Shown here piece after piece: positions 38,961 through 52,524 of a stretch of 64,000 bases of DNA (position 1 is its first letter; each line of letters begins with the position of its first letter). The position numbers and the translations under genes are program-made. Origin of the DNA: Octopus sinensis (lineage: Eukaryota); the NCBI RefSeq assembly GCF_006345805.1, contig NC_042999.1, positions 10,292,001 to 10,356,000 of the forward strand, in the 5' to 3' direction. Below the pieces are notes generated by a model that was not told the origin of the DNA, did not search any database, and was given only the letters and a program-made list of their open reading frames with translations.

Positions 38961-39072
38961 TTAACAAGTGGTCATCCATTTTGCTAGAAGAAGATCCGCT
39001 ATGGTCTTATATGCTACACCACTGGTTTTCAATTCATATTAATCAAATTAATATTCAATTTTTCACCCTTAT

Positions 39073-39119
<47 letters not shown>

Positions 39120-39564
39120 TAGCAATTCGTATAAAATTGCATCAATGACTTGAACTTGAATAAGTGGTTTCACATAAATGGGGATAAATTAAAAAGGTTT
39201 GTTATTATTACTGTTTGACTATTGTAATCACATTTGTTGGTTCCTCGTCAGGGAAACGTTGTTGTGTTGCATTTGTTAAATAATTGTAAACCGTCACCCT
39301 CCCCCTTTCGGAGAAGGGGCTTTGGTTATTGTTTAAAAATTGAATTGTGTCCCTGTTTGGGGAAATTGACAATATTTTCACCGTCTTTACGGAAGCATTT
39401 TTATTAAAATGCCTTCGATAGAAGAAAGTCCAAAAATGAATTTCGCTGTAGCCGTACACTTCTATACAAGAGGGAGGACAAGATCCAATTGATCGAAATT
39501 GCAAGAGACGGGCCTACAATTCCAGTCTGTTATATATTTTGAGTATTGTTATCACTAGCGATAT

Positions 39565-39765
39565 CAAGATATAACTTGGACTCCACCTGTACTTGCTTGC
39601 AATGATTCATTCCTGAGGGTATGAGACCTTCGGGCCATTTGACGTTGGGGAAGTTAAAATCACCCATAAGAAATATGGTCACGTGGTGTTCCAGATTCAT
39701 GAGGATTTCTTTAATTCTTGTGAGGCAAACTTGCCTATGTGATTTGGAGCATCCGGTGGGCAATA
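39565..39765 (-). mobile_element. LINE APE endonuclease fragment (CR1/L2-like)
   Basis: IFLMGDFNFPNVKW motif. Confidence 0.6.
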
Positions 39766-39803
39766 TGTATATATATACATTGGGGCGAGTGTACACAGCT
39801 ATG

Positions 39804-39856
39804 GGGTCGGGTCGGGTCGGGTCGGGTTGGGTTGGGTTGGGTTGGGTTGGGTTGGG
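39804..39856 (+). repeat. (GGGTC)4(GGGTT)6GGG pentamer array with G-quadruplex potential
   Basis: Eleven GGG runs separated by 2-nt loops. Confidence 0.9.
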
Positions 39857-40743
39857 AGGAAAGAATTTCCATTATATATTGAGAACTATAGCGCGAAGGC
39901 AGCATAAAAAAAAACAACCCTTCCTCAATTGTTAGCAGATTTACCTACTCCGCATTGCGAGCAGTGGAACAAGATGCGTCTTCGTCAAAGCAATTGCTCC
40001 CCCAAAAGCAAATTAAGTAAAATTTGAGATACGTGGAACGTCAAAGCTGCTAACAAAAACAGGACAGTGAAAACATTCGGTAAGGACTGTTTAACCCTAA
40101 CGAGGTGAAGTGGTGAACGCTGGAGAAAAAAAGCTTTGTCAAGAGACAGACAAGAATGTGTGTTATAGTGATAAACTGAACGAGAAGAAAAAGAATTACA
40201 TTTTGAAATAGAGATCTATAATTATTGAGGACAGAATTTGAGTTAGAAATAGGGAACTATAAATATTGTATTATGCATAAAGTGGTGGCTTACATTCGAG
40301 GCTTCCAATTTCTCTGTAAAATATAAGATAGTCGCAAAATCATCGCACATGTCACCATCGATTACAAACACCGGTGGAAGATAAAAGTCCCAGAGGACAT
40401 TTTTGTTCTTTCGTTTGTATAAGGATCGTATTCTGTTTCGGCTTAAAATAAATTATAGATACAAATATAATGTACAGAAATATATAAAAACCAGAATAGA
40501 AAATAAACGTCTTAGGCATATAAAATGAGATAACATGAGATATCAAGGTGTTATAAACTTGAAACCTACTAGAATATCAGATTATATCTATCAAGTCATC
40601 CAATCAGTTCTGTCCAATTTTACCTTTTTTCTTTAGATTTGAATGAAATTTAATAGTATTTTGAAATGTCTAATTCAATTAAAAATTATTTTTATGCATT
40701 TGCGTACGTTTAAACTAATTCAATATTGTTTTACAAAATAATA

Positions 40744-42058
40744 GAGGGTGTCCACAAAGTCTGCATACATGGGGATTAACACATACTTTTAAAACAAACC
40801 AATTTTATTTAATTATAATGTTAATAAATAATATTTTCAAAGTGATTTCCATCATTTTTCAATGCATAACTTGATGCACCTTGCAAAATTCAGGTGTACT
40901 TGATTAAATAAGTCTACATTGCCATCAATTTCAGCTCACTGACTGGTAATGCGTTCTCTCATATGTTTTAAATCTGTAATCTTTATTGTAATCTTTCTCT
41001 TTCAACATACCCCAGAAAAGGAAATCAAGGGGAGAATAGTCTGGTGAACGAGGGGACCTTTCCATATGAGCCCTTCTTCCAATCCAGTGAGGAAAAGTGT
41101 CATTAAGCCAATCTCTAACAGTTGTGGCAAAATGGGTAGGGGTCCCATCCTGCTGAAACCAATTCGGAAGGCCCTCGCCTAGGCGCTCAATTTGAGATAT
41201 TAATTTGTCTCTCAATATGTTTACATAACTCTCATCCGTTACATGTTCAATGAAGAAGGGTCCTAGAACATGAGCTTTCCACAAACCACACCACACCATC
41301 ACCTTTTTGCTGCCTTGCTGTTTGGATGGATCCATCCAATGTGGATTACCTCGAGACCAGTATAGAAGATTCTGTCTGTTGACCTCACCATTTACATAAA
41401 ACGTAGCTTTGTCACTGAACAACAAAGTTTTTCGTAAAATTGATATTTTCATCCAATTTATCTGAAAACCGTTCGCACGTCTACATTCGTCTATCAGGAT
41501 CGTCTTCATTTAAGTGATGCAATATCTGAAACTTTTCCTCAATCAGCATTTTGTGGATGGCTGGTTTTGGAACACCTAACACCGTGGATGTCCGACGAAG
41601 CGATTTCTTTGGGCTAGCAGAAACTTTAGCCATGACAGCCTCTTTCGTTTCATCCGAAGTCTTTGGTCGCCCGGAACGGGGTTTATCCAAAACAATGCCT
41701 GTTTCTTTAAATTTCTTGATCGATTTCCCGACGGCAGTAAAAAAAATAGGTTACCTACAAGGGTGTCGAAGATTAAATTCTTCCGCAATTTTGCGATAAG
41801 ACCATCCCTCTCGTCCACTTAATATTACTAACTCGATTCTTTCTTCTTTAGACAGATCCATCATTCGATCTGGGATTCTTTCTTCTTTAGACAGAACCAT
41901 CATTCGATCATCTGTAGAAAAAATAACAAATAAATTTAGAAAAGTAAAGTATTTTTTTTTATTTAATTTAAACAAAAGTAAAAAATGAAAATTATTATTT
42001 CTTATATTTGTTTATGTTATGATTTTATTCCATGTACCCAGACTTCGTGGACACCCTA
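40744..42058 (-). mobile_element. Near full-length Tc1/mariner transposon, DD41D (rosa/Visitor)-type, defective
   Basis: TIRs agggtgtccacaaagtctg..tacatgg and ccatgtacccagacttcgtggacaccct. HTH region DKPRSGRPKT; FSDKATF; WFQQDG...WIGR...SPRSPDYSPLDF (40 residues between the aspartates). Frameshifts and a 36-bp tandem duplication at ~41836-41910. Confidence 0.9.
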
Positions 42059-42069
42059 AAATTGCTTTG

Positions 42070-43153
42070 ATTAAAACCCTTTCAACGTGGAAGTATCCAA
42101 GGAGCATTTAAGGCACATATAATTCTTTATGAGTACAATAAAGGTAACTCTGCAGCCGAAGTGACTCGAAACATACACTCAGTTTATGGGAAAGTGCTTG
42201 GATGAAAGAACTTGCAGGAGATCGTTTGCAAAATTGAAGATGAAGATCGAATAGGATGTCCAGTTGAGTTTGATGATAAGCTCCTTGAGGCATTACTTGA
42301 AGAAAATCCGTCATTATCAGTTGAAGAATTGGCAATAAAGCTTACTTCAAACCATACAACAGTTCATCGCCATCTTCAACAACGTGGAAAGATTCCTAAA
42401 CTTGGAAAATAGGTGCCTCATGTATTGTCCGAAAGCAACCGCAAATCCCGAGTTGACATCTCCTCTTCTCTCCATTCTCGCAAACCCATTTCACCCTTTT
42501 TCGATAGACTTGTGACGAAAAATGGATTTTCTATCGAAATGTTAAACGTCGTAAACAGTGGCTTGGTAAAAGGGAAAAAGCTCAACCACAACCGAGAAGG
42601 GAACTTCATGAGAAAAAGGTTCTACTCTATCTGGTGCGATTGCAAAGGCGTAATTCACTTTATATTGTTATCACCTAATGCAACAGTCAATGCTCAAGTC
42701 TACTGTCAACAATTAGAGCGTTTGAACCAAACTTTGAAGGAAAAAAGAGCCGTTTTAGTGAGTCAAAAACGAGTGATGTTTCATCAGGACAATGCGCAAC
42801 CCCAGACTGCAAAGATCACATCACAGAAGATCGAAGAGGTCGGTTTGGAAAAATTTCTTCATCCAATTTACTCTCCCGACCTTACTCCTTCAGGATACCA
42901 TTTGTTTCATAGTTTACAGAATTATTAGGGGGACACAACTTTCGCAGGCCAGGAGGAGGTCGAACCTGACATTTCAGAGTTCTTCGCTTTGAAACCAAAA
43001 GAGTTTTACATTGATGGGATTAAAAAGCTTGTAAATAGATGGAAGTAAGTCATAGATAATCAGGGAAAGTACATTGATAATTAACTTTCAATTAAATATA
43101 ACATTTGATCACTTGGATTCTTTATCTAAAATTCGGAAAGAACTTATGAGATG
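42070..43153 (+). mobile_element. mariner (DD34D) transposon relic
   Basis: EHLRHIILYEYNKG...K*VPHVL (WVPHEL)...MFHQDNAQP...HPIYSPDLTPSGYHLF. 3' TIR cggaaagaacttatgagatgacc; 5' TIR missing. Confidence 0.92.
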
Positions 43154-43878
43154 ACCGGCGAAAATATATTTAAGACCGACGATAAAAGTTCTATTTCTTA
43201 CAAAATATTTTGTTACTAACACCATACAAATTATTTATATCTTTTACACCTTATGCAAAATTTATTTCTCTTTCGAATGATGCAAACAATTTTTATACAA
43301 CTTGAAGAATTCTAATGCTAAATTAATATATATTTCTTTACTGCCCACAAGGGGCTAAACATAGAGGGGACAAACAAGGACAGATAAACGGATTAAGTCG
43401 ATTACATCGACCCCAGCGCGTAACTGGTACTTTATTTATCGACCCCGAAAGAATGAAAGGCAAAGTCGACCTCGGCGGAATTTGAACTCAGAACGTAATA
43501 TAAACGTTTCAAATTTACCGGCAAAATTAGTTTAAGACCATATAATATGTATGCAATTTTTTTGGCCAAAATGGTTGGTCACACAACGAGCCTAAATGCA
43601 CCATATAAAGTTATAATTTAATGTTATTATACAATTTATTAATAATGGGAAAGCAACGTAGCCTTAGTCCAATCACGAGAGCAAAAATCGTATATTACAG
43701 CAAAAAGTTTCCTTTTCGAACATCAGCAAGCAACTAAAGTGCAGTAAACCGGTTTGCGTGCAAGCGTGGAAGTTATACTCGGAGACTGGTCAATATAAAG
43801 ATCGGCAAAGGACTAGTAACAGAATATTTTGTAAGAAATAGAACTTTTATCATCGGTCTTAAATTTATTTTCGCCAGT
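43154..43878. mobile_element. MITE with ~65-bp TIRs, containing a SINE-A insertion (43335-43500, minus)
   Basis: accggcgaaaatatatttaagaccgacgataaaagttctatttcttacaaaatattttgttacta is the reverse complement of 43814-43878 with 4 mismatches. Confidence 0.85.
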
Positions 43879-44124
43879 GTGTATATTATCTATATATAAT
43901 GTATATAATACGAGAATTTTAATGGAGATAGCCTGCAGTATATAGTACAAAATTTTTGTCTCCGTATATGAGCTAAGTATTAATAAAATGTGGTATACGA
44001 TAAAAATTTCGGATATTTGTCTTAAAACATTCAGACAAGAAAATTCAGATGTAGCACATGAGGTATTTATTATTCCATACGAATATCCACATATTAAGAG
44101 TTTCATGATAAAAATATAGAAATA

Positions 44125-44690
44125 ATGGGTTGTCCGGAAAGTTCGTGCCGATTTATAGTAGCTTATCTTTCGACTTATTTTAGAACATGTTTGAGTCCAT
44201 AAACTAGGATTTGACTACACCTCCATTTAGAGCACAGTTTAAGCTATCTTTTCGTGGAAGAAGGTTTATGTTCCTATAATCTGTGTTAATTCTGTAACCC
44301 TTTAAAATAAAAGATGGGAAAGTTCATTTTCGGCACTTGATACTTTGGGAACCAGACAAAAATTGCTGCAACTCAGTTGGGATGTGTTACCCCCACCCTC
44401 CCTATTTCGCAGATATTGCTCCTTCGGATTTCCACTTATTCAGGTCTCTGCAGAATAGTCTTAATGGTGAAAATTTCAATTACTTAGATGACGTAAAAAG
44501 ATACCTTGATGAATTCTTTGCCTTGAAACCACCCCAATTCTGGGAAGAGGGTATTTTCAAGGTAAAGGAAAGATGGAGACGTATTGTTCAAAGAAATGGT
44601 TCAGATTTGGTTCATTAAAAATGTAATGGCAAGTATTTAGTAACTTTTACTTTCCTTTAAAAATCGGAACGAACTTTCAGGACAACCCAA
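44125..44690 (+). mobile_element. Internally deleted mariner element
   Basis: TA-flanked TIRs tgggttgtccggaaagttcgtgccgattt and aaatcggaacgaactttcaggacaaccca; HPPYFADIAPSDFHLFRSLQNSL. Confidence 0.92.
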
Positions 44691-45299
44691 TATAAACATA
44701 ACAATGAAATACGAATATAAACATGAAAAATAAAAAACCTAAATCGAAAGAGGCGATTAAATTTTTTTCCTAACCTGCAGCCGTTTCAGAAAAGTGGTTG
44801 TACGAAGTATTCGAAATTCAGCCCTCCTTCCTCAGGGTTCCTTTCTCAAGGTAAAATCCAACAGAAAGCAGTAAGGCAATACATGGTGAGTATTCAGGTG
44901 GTGAAAGTTCAGTTTTTGAGTATCGATGAATAAGTGACAGCATATCAAGATTTTTTTTATTACCCACAAGGGGCCAACAAAGAAGGGACAATACAAATCG
45001 GGGAAATTAAAAATAACAAAAGTGGATGAAAATAAGACGAAGACAAATTTTAAAATAATGAATTATGAAAAGATGTACAAATGCGGTGTAATGCCCACTT
45101 GATCCCCGAAATAGGGTGGTTACATTTCGTCAGTTCTATTCACAGGGTTTCCAAATCCATTTCACCAAATTTCAAAATACATTTCACAAAATTTTCAAAA
45201 TACATTTTCGAAAAAACATTTTACAGAATTTCAAAATACATTTCAAAACTACATTTCGTTTAACAAGGTTTTTCTTTTTTAATTCTTTTCCATAATTTT

Positions 45300-45640
45300 A
45301 GATAAATTCTATTACCTTCACCAGATCATGGTAATACTCCATTGTACGTGGATATTTTACCAGTCGGCACTTCGCGTGTTCTACCACGTTCTCACCGGCG
45401 GCCTCGATCAACGCATCGGCGCTGTCTTCATGGATTAGTGCACCCGTTTCTTCCCACTCAGTACCCATCTTAACCCATGAATATCCTTCTGTTCTGTCTA
45501 TTAATTCCTCCGTTTCAGGACTGCACTTGTGTTGCACTAATGTTCCATAAAATCTGTGACGCTTATTCGATCCTGTGTTTTCTCTTGTCTTCCTTTTAGG
45601 ACTTATTTCTTCTTTGTTCTCCTCTCTTGGTTTCTTATGA
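45300..45640 (-). mobile_element. Probable RLE-type (R4/NeSL-like) LINE ORF fragment
   Basis: Open frame KRHRFYG...IDRTEGYSWVKMG...LIEAAGENVVEHAKCR resembles the LHG...S..WL..G...I.AAQ segment between RT and the zinc knuckle. A host exon is not excluded. Confidence 0.4.
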
Positions 45641-45649
45641 TATTGGCAA

Positions 45650-46410
45650 GGCAGCTGTTGTGATGGCCCAACTCTTCAAACGGGCATGGGACAACAATAA
45701 GCTGACATAGACCACAAAAATGAAGATTTACCAGGCATGTGTACTTAGCACTCTACTGTATGGAAGTGAGACTTGGACGCCATACACACGCCATACGACG
45801 CCATACGTACCTAAATATCTTTCACCTGCGCTGCCTCCGGAAAATCCTTCGCATCAAATGGCAGAATCATGTCCCCAACAAAGATGTCCTCAGGCAAGCA
45901 GCAATACCAAGCATGTTTACACTCCTCACACAAAGACGTATGAGATGGCTTCGACATGTTAGCCGTATAGAAGATGGCAGAATCCCCAAGGACATACTCA
46001 ACGGAGAGCCTGCTAGGGGCACTAGGTCTGTGGGAAGACCGTTCTTACGATACAAGGATGTTTGCAAAAGGGACATGAATGCCTGCAACATCAATATTAC
46101 CAACTGGGAAGCAGTTGCCAGCAACCGTGGAGGTTGGCGACGTACCGTAAAAGAGGGAACACAAAAGAGTGACATAGAGGGAGAGGAGAAATGGAAAGAC
46201 AAGAAAAGACGTCAACAAGAAAGTATGACATTACAACCAGCCAGGCAAAGTCTTCGTTACATTTGCGGCACCTGCCAGAGGGAGTGTTTGTCCAGGATAG
46301 GACTACACAGCCACAGTAGGAGATGTATTAGGACATGAAATGTAAAAGCCGGACTAGATTATTTTATGCGCAATTCCATTGTCTCTCGAGACAAAAAGGA
46401 TGCCAACAAC
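45650..46410 (+). mobile_element. RTE-BovB-like LINE 3' fragment
   Basis: KIYQACVLSTLLYGSETW...FHLRCLRKILRIKWQ...RRMRWLRHV...GRPFLRYKD...CGTCQRECLSRIGLHSHSRRC; 3' end ccattgtctctcgagac. Confidence 0.95.
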
Positions 46411-46703
46411 AATATATATGGATTTCGTAGACGGGAACTAAAACAAATCAATCGTATATATATGTAAGTGTATGCGTCTGTCTTTGTGTCTGTGTTTCGC
46501 CCTCATCACTGCTTCACAACTGCTGTTCATTTATTTACATCTACAAAACTTACTGGTTTCACAAGAACAAACTGATAGAATAAGTACTAGGCTTATCAAC
46601 ATAAAAAGCACTAGGCTGTGTCTCATATTTTTGTTTGCCCACTCAGTTGTATCTATCAATTTCTCTTTGTGTGTGTGTGTGTGTGTGTGTATATATCTAT
46701 CTA

Positions 46704-46794
<91 letters not shown>

Positions 46795-47943
46795 TGATAT
46801 GGAGGTCAATTCGGAAACAGTGCTATGACCTACTTTTGCTGGTTTGTAGTCTTGAAGTCTGGGATATAAAGTTATTGCCTTTTGTTCTGCCAATTTCTGG
46901 AAAGATTAACGAGTTTCGGAGAGACCTCTGCCCTTTTTCTGGTCAAAGAAGGGTCGAGGAAGCCACCCCTTTAAAAAGCGGAAGCTGTAAGTTTGTTGAA
47001 CAGTTCGGCCGGAGACAGTGAATTGGTAACAGGGCAGTTTAGGAGTTCTGCCTGAGACAGCAAAAGGGGCCGGAGGAGGCGGTCAGTTGGCAAGAGACAG
47101 ACAGGGAGTGTGAGGGATGACAAGCGACAGAATGACAACGTAGAGGAAGACAGGCAGATAGGATTAAGGAGCTCAGAAGGAGCTGGGAGAGATTACGGCG
47201 AGAGGCAGCGACAACGTTGAGAAATACATACACAGAGGATTGAGGAGGTGAGGGAGATTACGGCGTGAAGGCATTGGCTATTTGTAGTAGGAGCTCGTAA
47301 CGGTATGTTTGTTTATGTTTTGATGTGTTAAAGAAGGAAAAAGAATTGTTGAACTAAAAAGAGAATTGATGTGAAAAAAAGCGAAAGAACATTGTGTTAA
47401 GGAAGAAAAGAAATGAGATTATAAAGAACATTGTGAATTGTGTTATAGAGTTGTTGAAAAAGAAGGAGAAAGACTTTAATGTGATTTGAACTCTGAACTA
47501 TATTGCATCAATTTGAACTGTTTTGATTGCTTCGGACGTTCTGTATTGTGCATGCCTTTGATTGTTTTCGAACGACGTGTTATGTTTAAATGCTTTGATT
47601 TTGTTTAACTACTTGTTAATTCTGTTGCATGTTTTTTTCTTTAATGTATCTGCTATGTTTCACATTGTATTTGATGTCGTAATAATTGTTATAAACTGTT
47701 GTTAAACGTAAGCCAAATTGCCTTCCGCCGTGTCTCTCTGTGTCTCTTCCTGCTGTTGTTTTTGTTGTTGTTGTTGTTCTCTCCGGTCGCCGGTTGCCGA
47801 GTTCGCTGCCACCTCCCCCCCCCACACCTAATTCTCTCTCTGAGTCCGTGGCGAATTCCCCGTTCGATCGAGCCGGTCAATCGTCGTCGCTCGACTTGGT
47901 AGGGTCCCGGGTTTCCGAAGAGTTTGGGTGACGGCAGGTTCGT

Positions 47944-47947
<4 letters not shown>
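46795..47947. mobile_element. Probable solo LTR (~1.15 kb) inserted in (TA)n
   Basis: TG...CA termini (tgatatgg...cgtaaca) with ATAT on both sides; no ORF; GC-richer than the flanks. Confidence 0.45.
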
Positions 47948-47981
<34 letters not shown>

Positions 47982-48899
47982 CACCCTAATGGGAGCCTTA
48001 ACTCCCAAATTTTAGTCATTTCTTTTATGATCCAAAACTAGGTCAAAAGTACTGAATGGATCTTTATGATATTTGGAAATTATATTCTAAGCATAAGGGC
48101 CATAACCCCCATGACAATTCATATATTTTTGCTGTTGATGAAATTTTAACCATAGATATTAGACACAAATGAAGTAATATTTATTAAATTTCATCTTCTT
48201 ACAAAGTTAGAAAGACCTCTCCATTGGGGACTTAACACCCACAATTTTGTCATTTTATCTAAGCAAAAACGAATACAGTTGTGCTCTTGGAAGCTGTAGG
48301 GTTACTCGAGCATAAAAGTTGGGCATTATTTCTAATTCAGTTGTACAACAGTGTAACAGTTTGCTTTGACATACACTTACATTGTGATTTCTGCAATGTG
48401 GTGCATAAATTGTTAAGTAAATGAGAGGCATCTTTGTCTCCACTGATTCAGTTGCAAAGTGTTGAGTAAAGTTATTTGATTGCAGACCTCCTTTCAGTCT
48501 TTTTATTATCACTCGGTCACACATAGTCCCCAGATGGTAACATTGATTACAAGGCCTTCCCAGATGAGTGACTGGTTATTCAAAGACATTTATAGATTTT
48601 AAATTCATTCTGTCCAGTTACGTATCAGTATAGTGGCCATTTGCAAACTCCAGAGGTGACACTTTAATTTCTCCAAAGCCCTCACATCACACAGTTGTTA
48701 ATGTTGATTTCAGTTGGGTCACGCCCTTCCAATTGCTATAGATTCGTAATGCATCTTACGGCTGTGCCTGTCACCTGGATGGTGAGTAATCCTACATTGG
48801 GAGTGGTAACGACTAGTGTAGGGTAACTGACTGCTTATTGTGATCATTCGTCTTTTGGTTTCCATGTGGCACGATTACAATTTTTTTAGGGTGTGTAAG

Positions 48900-49030
48900 A
48901 AGGGAAATAACCCTTATCTGCAATTTTGATGAAATTCGAAACATAGATATTCCAGTTCATTCAGAAAATATAACAGAAAAGTCTAATTCTTCAATTGAAT
49001 GTAACCGGGCAACGCCGGGTATCTCTGCTA
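48900..49030 (+). mobile_element. Helitron-like 3' end
   Basis: accgggcaacgccgggt hairpin followed by ctgCTAG|t. Confidence 0.65.
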
Positions 49031-49579
49031 GTATGATATAAATCATGTTACAAAGTTAAAGATCTCAATATAATTTAGTAGAGATTCGATATTTTGTCAA
49101 TGACAAAAGTGATGAAATCTTCTTTGAATTATCTTGGAGTAGTTTGGCTTCGTCTTTATAAAGAATCACTGGCAACGAATTATTAAACATGTGTAGAGGA
49201 CAAAATTACAAAAGATTACTTGAGATTATTTTATGTTTTGTAAAATTCGAAAAATTTCGTACCGGAAGGCGATCCAATTTCGTGTGTATACAAGTAGATA
49301 AAACCTCCGTTACGTCCTCTTAACACAAACACATTCAATGAGACGAGCAAACTCTCGTTTAATCAGAGAATAGTATTATAAAGGAATAAATAAATAAATA
49401 GCACTTATTGTATTACAAATTTAGAGGAGGTTTCAGCACGAATTTTATACCACAAAATATTTAAATATAATCTTTTAGATGTCTTGTACAAGGTCTTGAA
49501 ACGATATACATACATATATTCTGCACACAGACAAGCACACACACACACACACACATACACACACATATATTCTATATAG

Positions 49580-49745
<166 letters not shown>

Positions 49746-50019
49746 AGATATATATATATATAAAGAGAGAGAGACAGAGACAGACAGACAGAGGCATAAA
49801 TATAGAAAGAGAAAGAGAGAGTGAAGAGGTGAGATGCAGAGACGGTCAGGACGGGAAACGCGTAGAAATGCTCAAATGATTTGAACTCCGAAGTGTTTAT
49901 GGAGGACGAAGGCTGCAGGGTAAAGAATGGTTTATAGGACGAATCCAGGTAAGCTGGTATGGGGACAGTGGTGCAGTTAGACACTCCTCCGCCTCATAAA
50001 TATACATACAGGCACAGCA

Positions 50020-50404
50020 GTGGAAGCACTCTGTCGGTTACGACGATGAGGGTTCCGGTTGATCCGACCAACGGAACAGCCTGCTCGTGAAATTAACGGG
50101 TAAGTGGCTGAGCACTCCACAGACACGTGTACCCTTAACGTAGTTCTCGGGGATATTCAGCGTGACACAGAAAGTGACAAGGCCGGCCCTTTGAAATACA
50201 GGTACAACAGAAACAGAAAGTAAGAGTGAGAGAAAGTTGTGGTGAAAGAATACAGCAGGGATCACCACCATCACCTGCCGGAGCCTCGTGGAGCTTTAGG
50301 TGTTTTCGCTCAATAAACACTCACAACGCCCGGTCTGGGAATCGAAACTGCGATCCTACGACTGCGAGTCCGCTGCCCTAACCACTGGGTCATTGTGCCT
50401 CCAC
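50020..50404 (-). mobile_element. SINE family C, full length
   Basis: High identity to 31510-31898. Confidence 0.92.
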
Positions 50405-50419
50405 TATATATTTATACAT

Positions 50420-50700
50420 AGAACTGAAAGAAGCCCGTCGCATATATGTGTGTGTGTGTGTGTATGTGTGTGTGTGTGTATGTGTATATGTTTGTGTCTG
50501 TGTTTGTCACACACACCCCTTGCAGCATCGCTTGACAACCGATGCTGGTGCATTTGCGTCCCCGTAACTTAGCGGTTCGGCAAAAGAGACTGATAGAATA
50601 AGTACTAGGCTTACAAAGAATAAGTCCTGAGGTCGATTTGCTCGACTAAAGGCGGTGCTCCAGCATGGCACAATAAAATGACTGAAATAAGTAAAAGCAT
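50420..50700 (+). mobile_element. SINE family B, 3' two-thirds
   Basis: aactgaaagaagcccgtcg..(TG)n..cttgacaaccgatgctgg..ccagcatggc..gactgaaataagtaaaag. Confidence 0.88.
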
Positions 50701-50727
50701 AAAAGAATACACACACAACACACACAC

Positions 50728-51109
<382 letters not shown>

Positions 51110-51156
51110 ATATCTGTTTCAACACACGACTTCACATAAAAAATCTTGCACAACAA

Positions 51157-51251
<95 letters not shown>

Positions 51252-51391
51252 CGGGATATAAAAAGAAACAAGTAGAGAAAATATTCAGATGAACATTTGT
51301 GTATAAGCACATGGATATTGATATACATACAGAGAAAAATGAGCATGGAGTACAAATATACAGAAAACTAGGAGGAGAGTATATGGTATAT

Positions 51392-51540
51392 CAGGTCCGA
51401 CAGCTGTTTCTGAAGGCTCGGAATTATGTAATAGTTATAATGCTGGCAGATGGGATGTGCAAAACGTCAAGGTTATGCAACCAGTAGTGGACGCATATAA
51501 ACAATACTGTAAATCCGGCCTCCATCTTCAGGGTGGAATG
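51392..51540 (-). ncRNA. Putative Penelope-type type-I hammerhead ribozyme with long stem II
   Basis: Minus strand: CTGAAGA (51531-51525), TGGAGGC...GCCTTCA 7-bp stem II base with further pairing, then GAAAC-AGCT-GTC (51410-51399). Stem I has only 2 bp. Confidence 0.5.
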
Positions 51541-51857
51541 ATAAGCAACTAGCAGTCCAGATCAAAATGCGTGGAATTAACTCCAGATACAGAACTAATT
51601 GTTGTCCATTCAGAACTCATTGAAACCAGTCAGCGTTTCATTTTCGACAGTCACACACTTTTCGACTTACGTAACGAAGTACAGATTCTGCATTCTACAC
51701 GGACCATTCTACATACAGACATTTTTACTGACAATCCTCGAGAGCCATTCCATCTGTTCTCTTCTTGCATTTCATTATTAGATTTCTTGCACAGGACACT
51801 TCTCCCACCAACTTTGTGATTCCATATTTCTTTCTTTATTGCTTATACTCTTTACTC

Positions 51858-52079
51858 TCTTTTACTTGTTTCAGTCATTTGACTGCGGCCATGCTGGAGC
51901 ACTGCCTTTAGTCGAGCAAATCGACCCCGAGACTTATTCTTTGTAAGCCAGGACTTATTCTATCGGTCTCTTTTTGCCAAACCGCTAAGTAACGGGGACG
52001 TAAAAACACCCCAGCATCGGTTCTCAAGCAATGCTAGGGGGACAAACACAGACACAACAAAATACACAATATATATATC

Positions 52080-52169
<90 letters not shown>

Positions 52170-52335
52170 CTTACATATATACGACAGGCTTCTTTCAGTT
52201 TCCGTCTACCAAATCCACTCACAAGGCATTGGTCGGTCCGGGGCTATAGCAGAAGACACTTGCCTAAGATGCCACGCAGTGGGACTGAACCCGGAACCAT
52301 GTGGTTGGTTAGCAAGCTACTTACCACACAGCCAC
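51858..52335 (-). mobile_element. SINE family B, full length, with expanded internal (TA)n
   Basis: Reverse complement of the 55950-56390 copy. Confidence 0.92.
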
Positions 52336-52524
52336 ACGTCTATATTATTTTATACTTTTAACTATGTTTTCTTCCCTGCAAACTTTTATTTATTTTCACA
52401 TTAGCTTCCAATTCACAAACGTATAATTTTAATAATGTATTTTTGGTTGCTCACATGGCATATCTTCTCATGTACACGTATCGTACACTTTTTTTTTCAC
52501 CCCTATTGCATGTCTTTCGCTACA

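Noticed and set aside
47985-48895. Short inverted words acaccctaa/ttagggtgt suggesting a DNA transposon
   Set aside because: Only about 9 bp of match, no TSD and no transposase motif.
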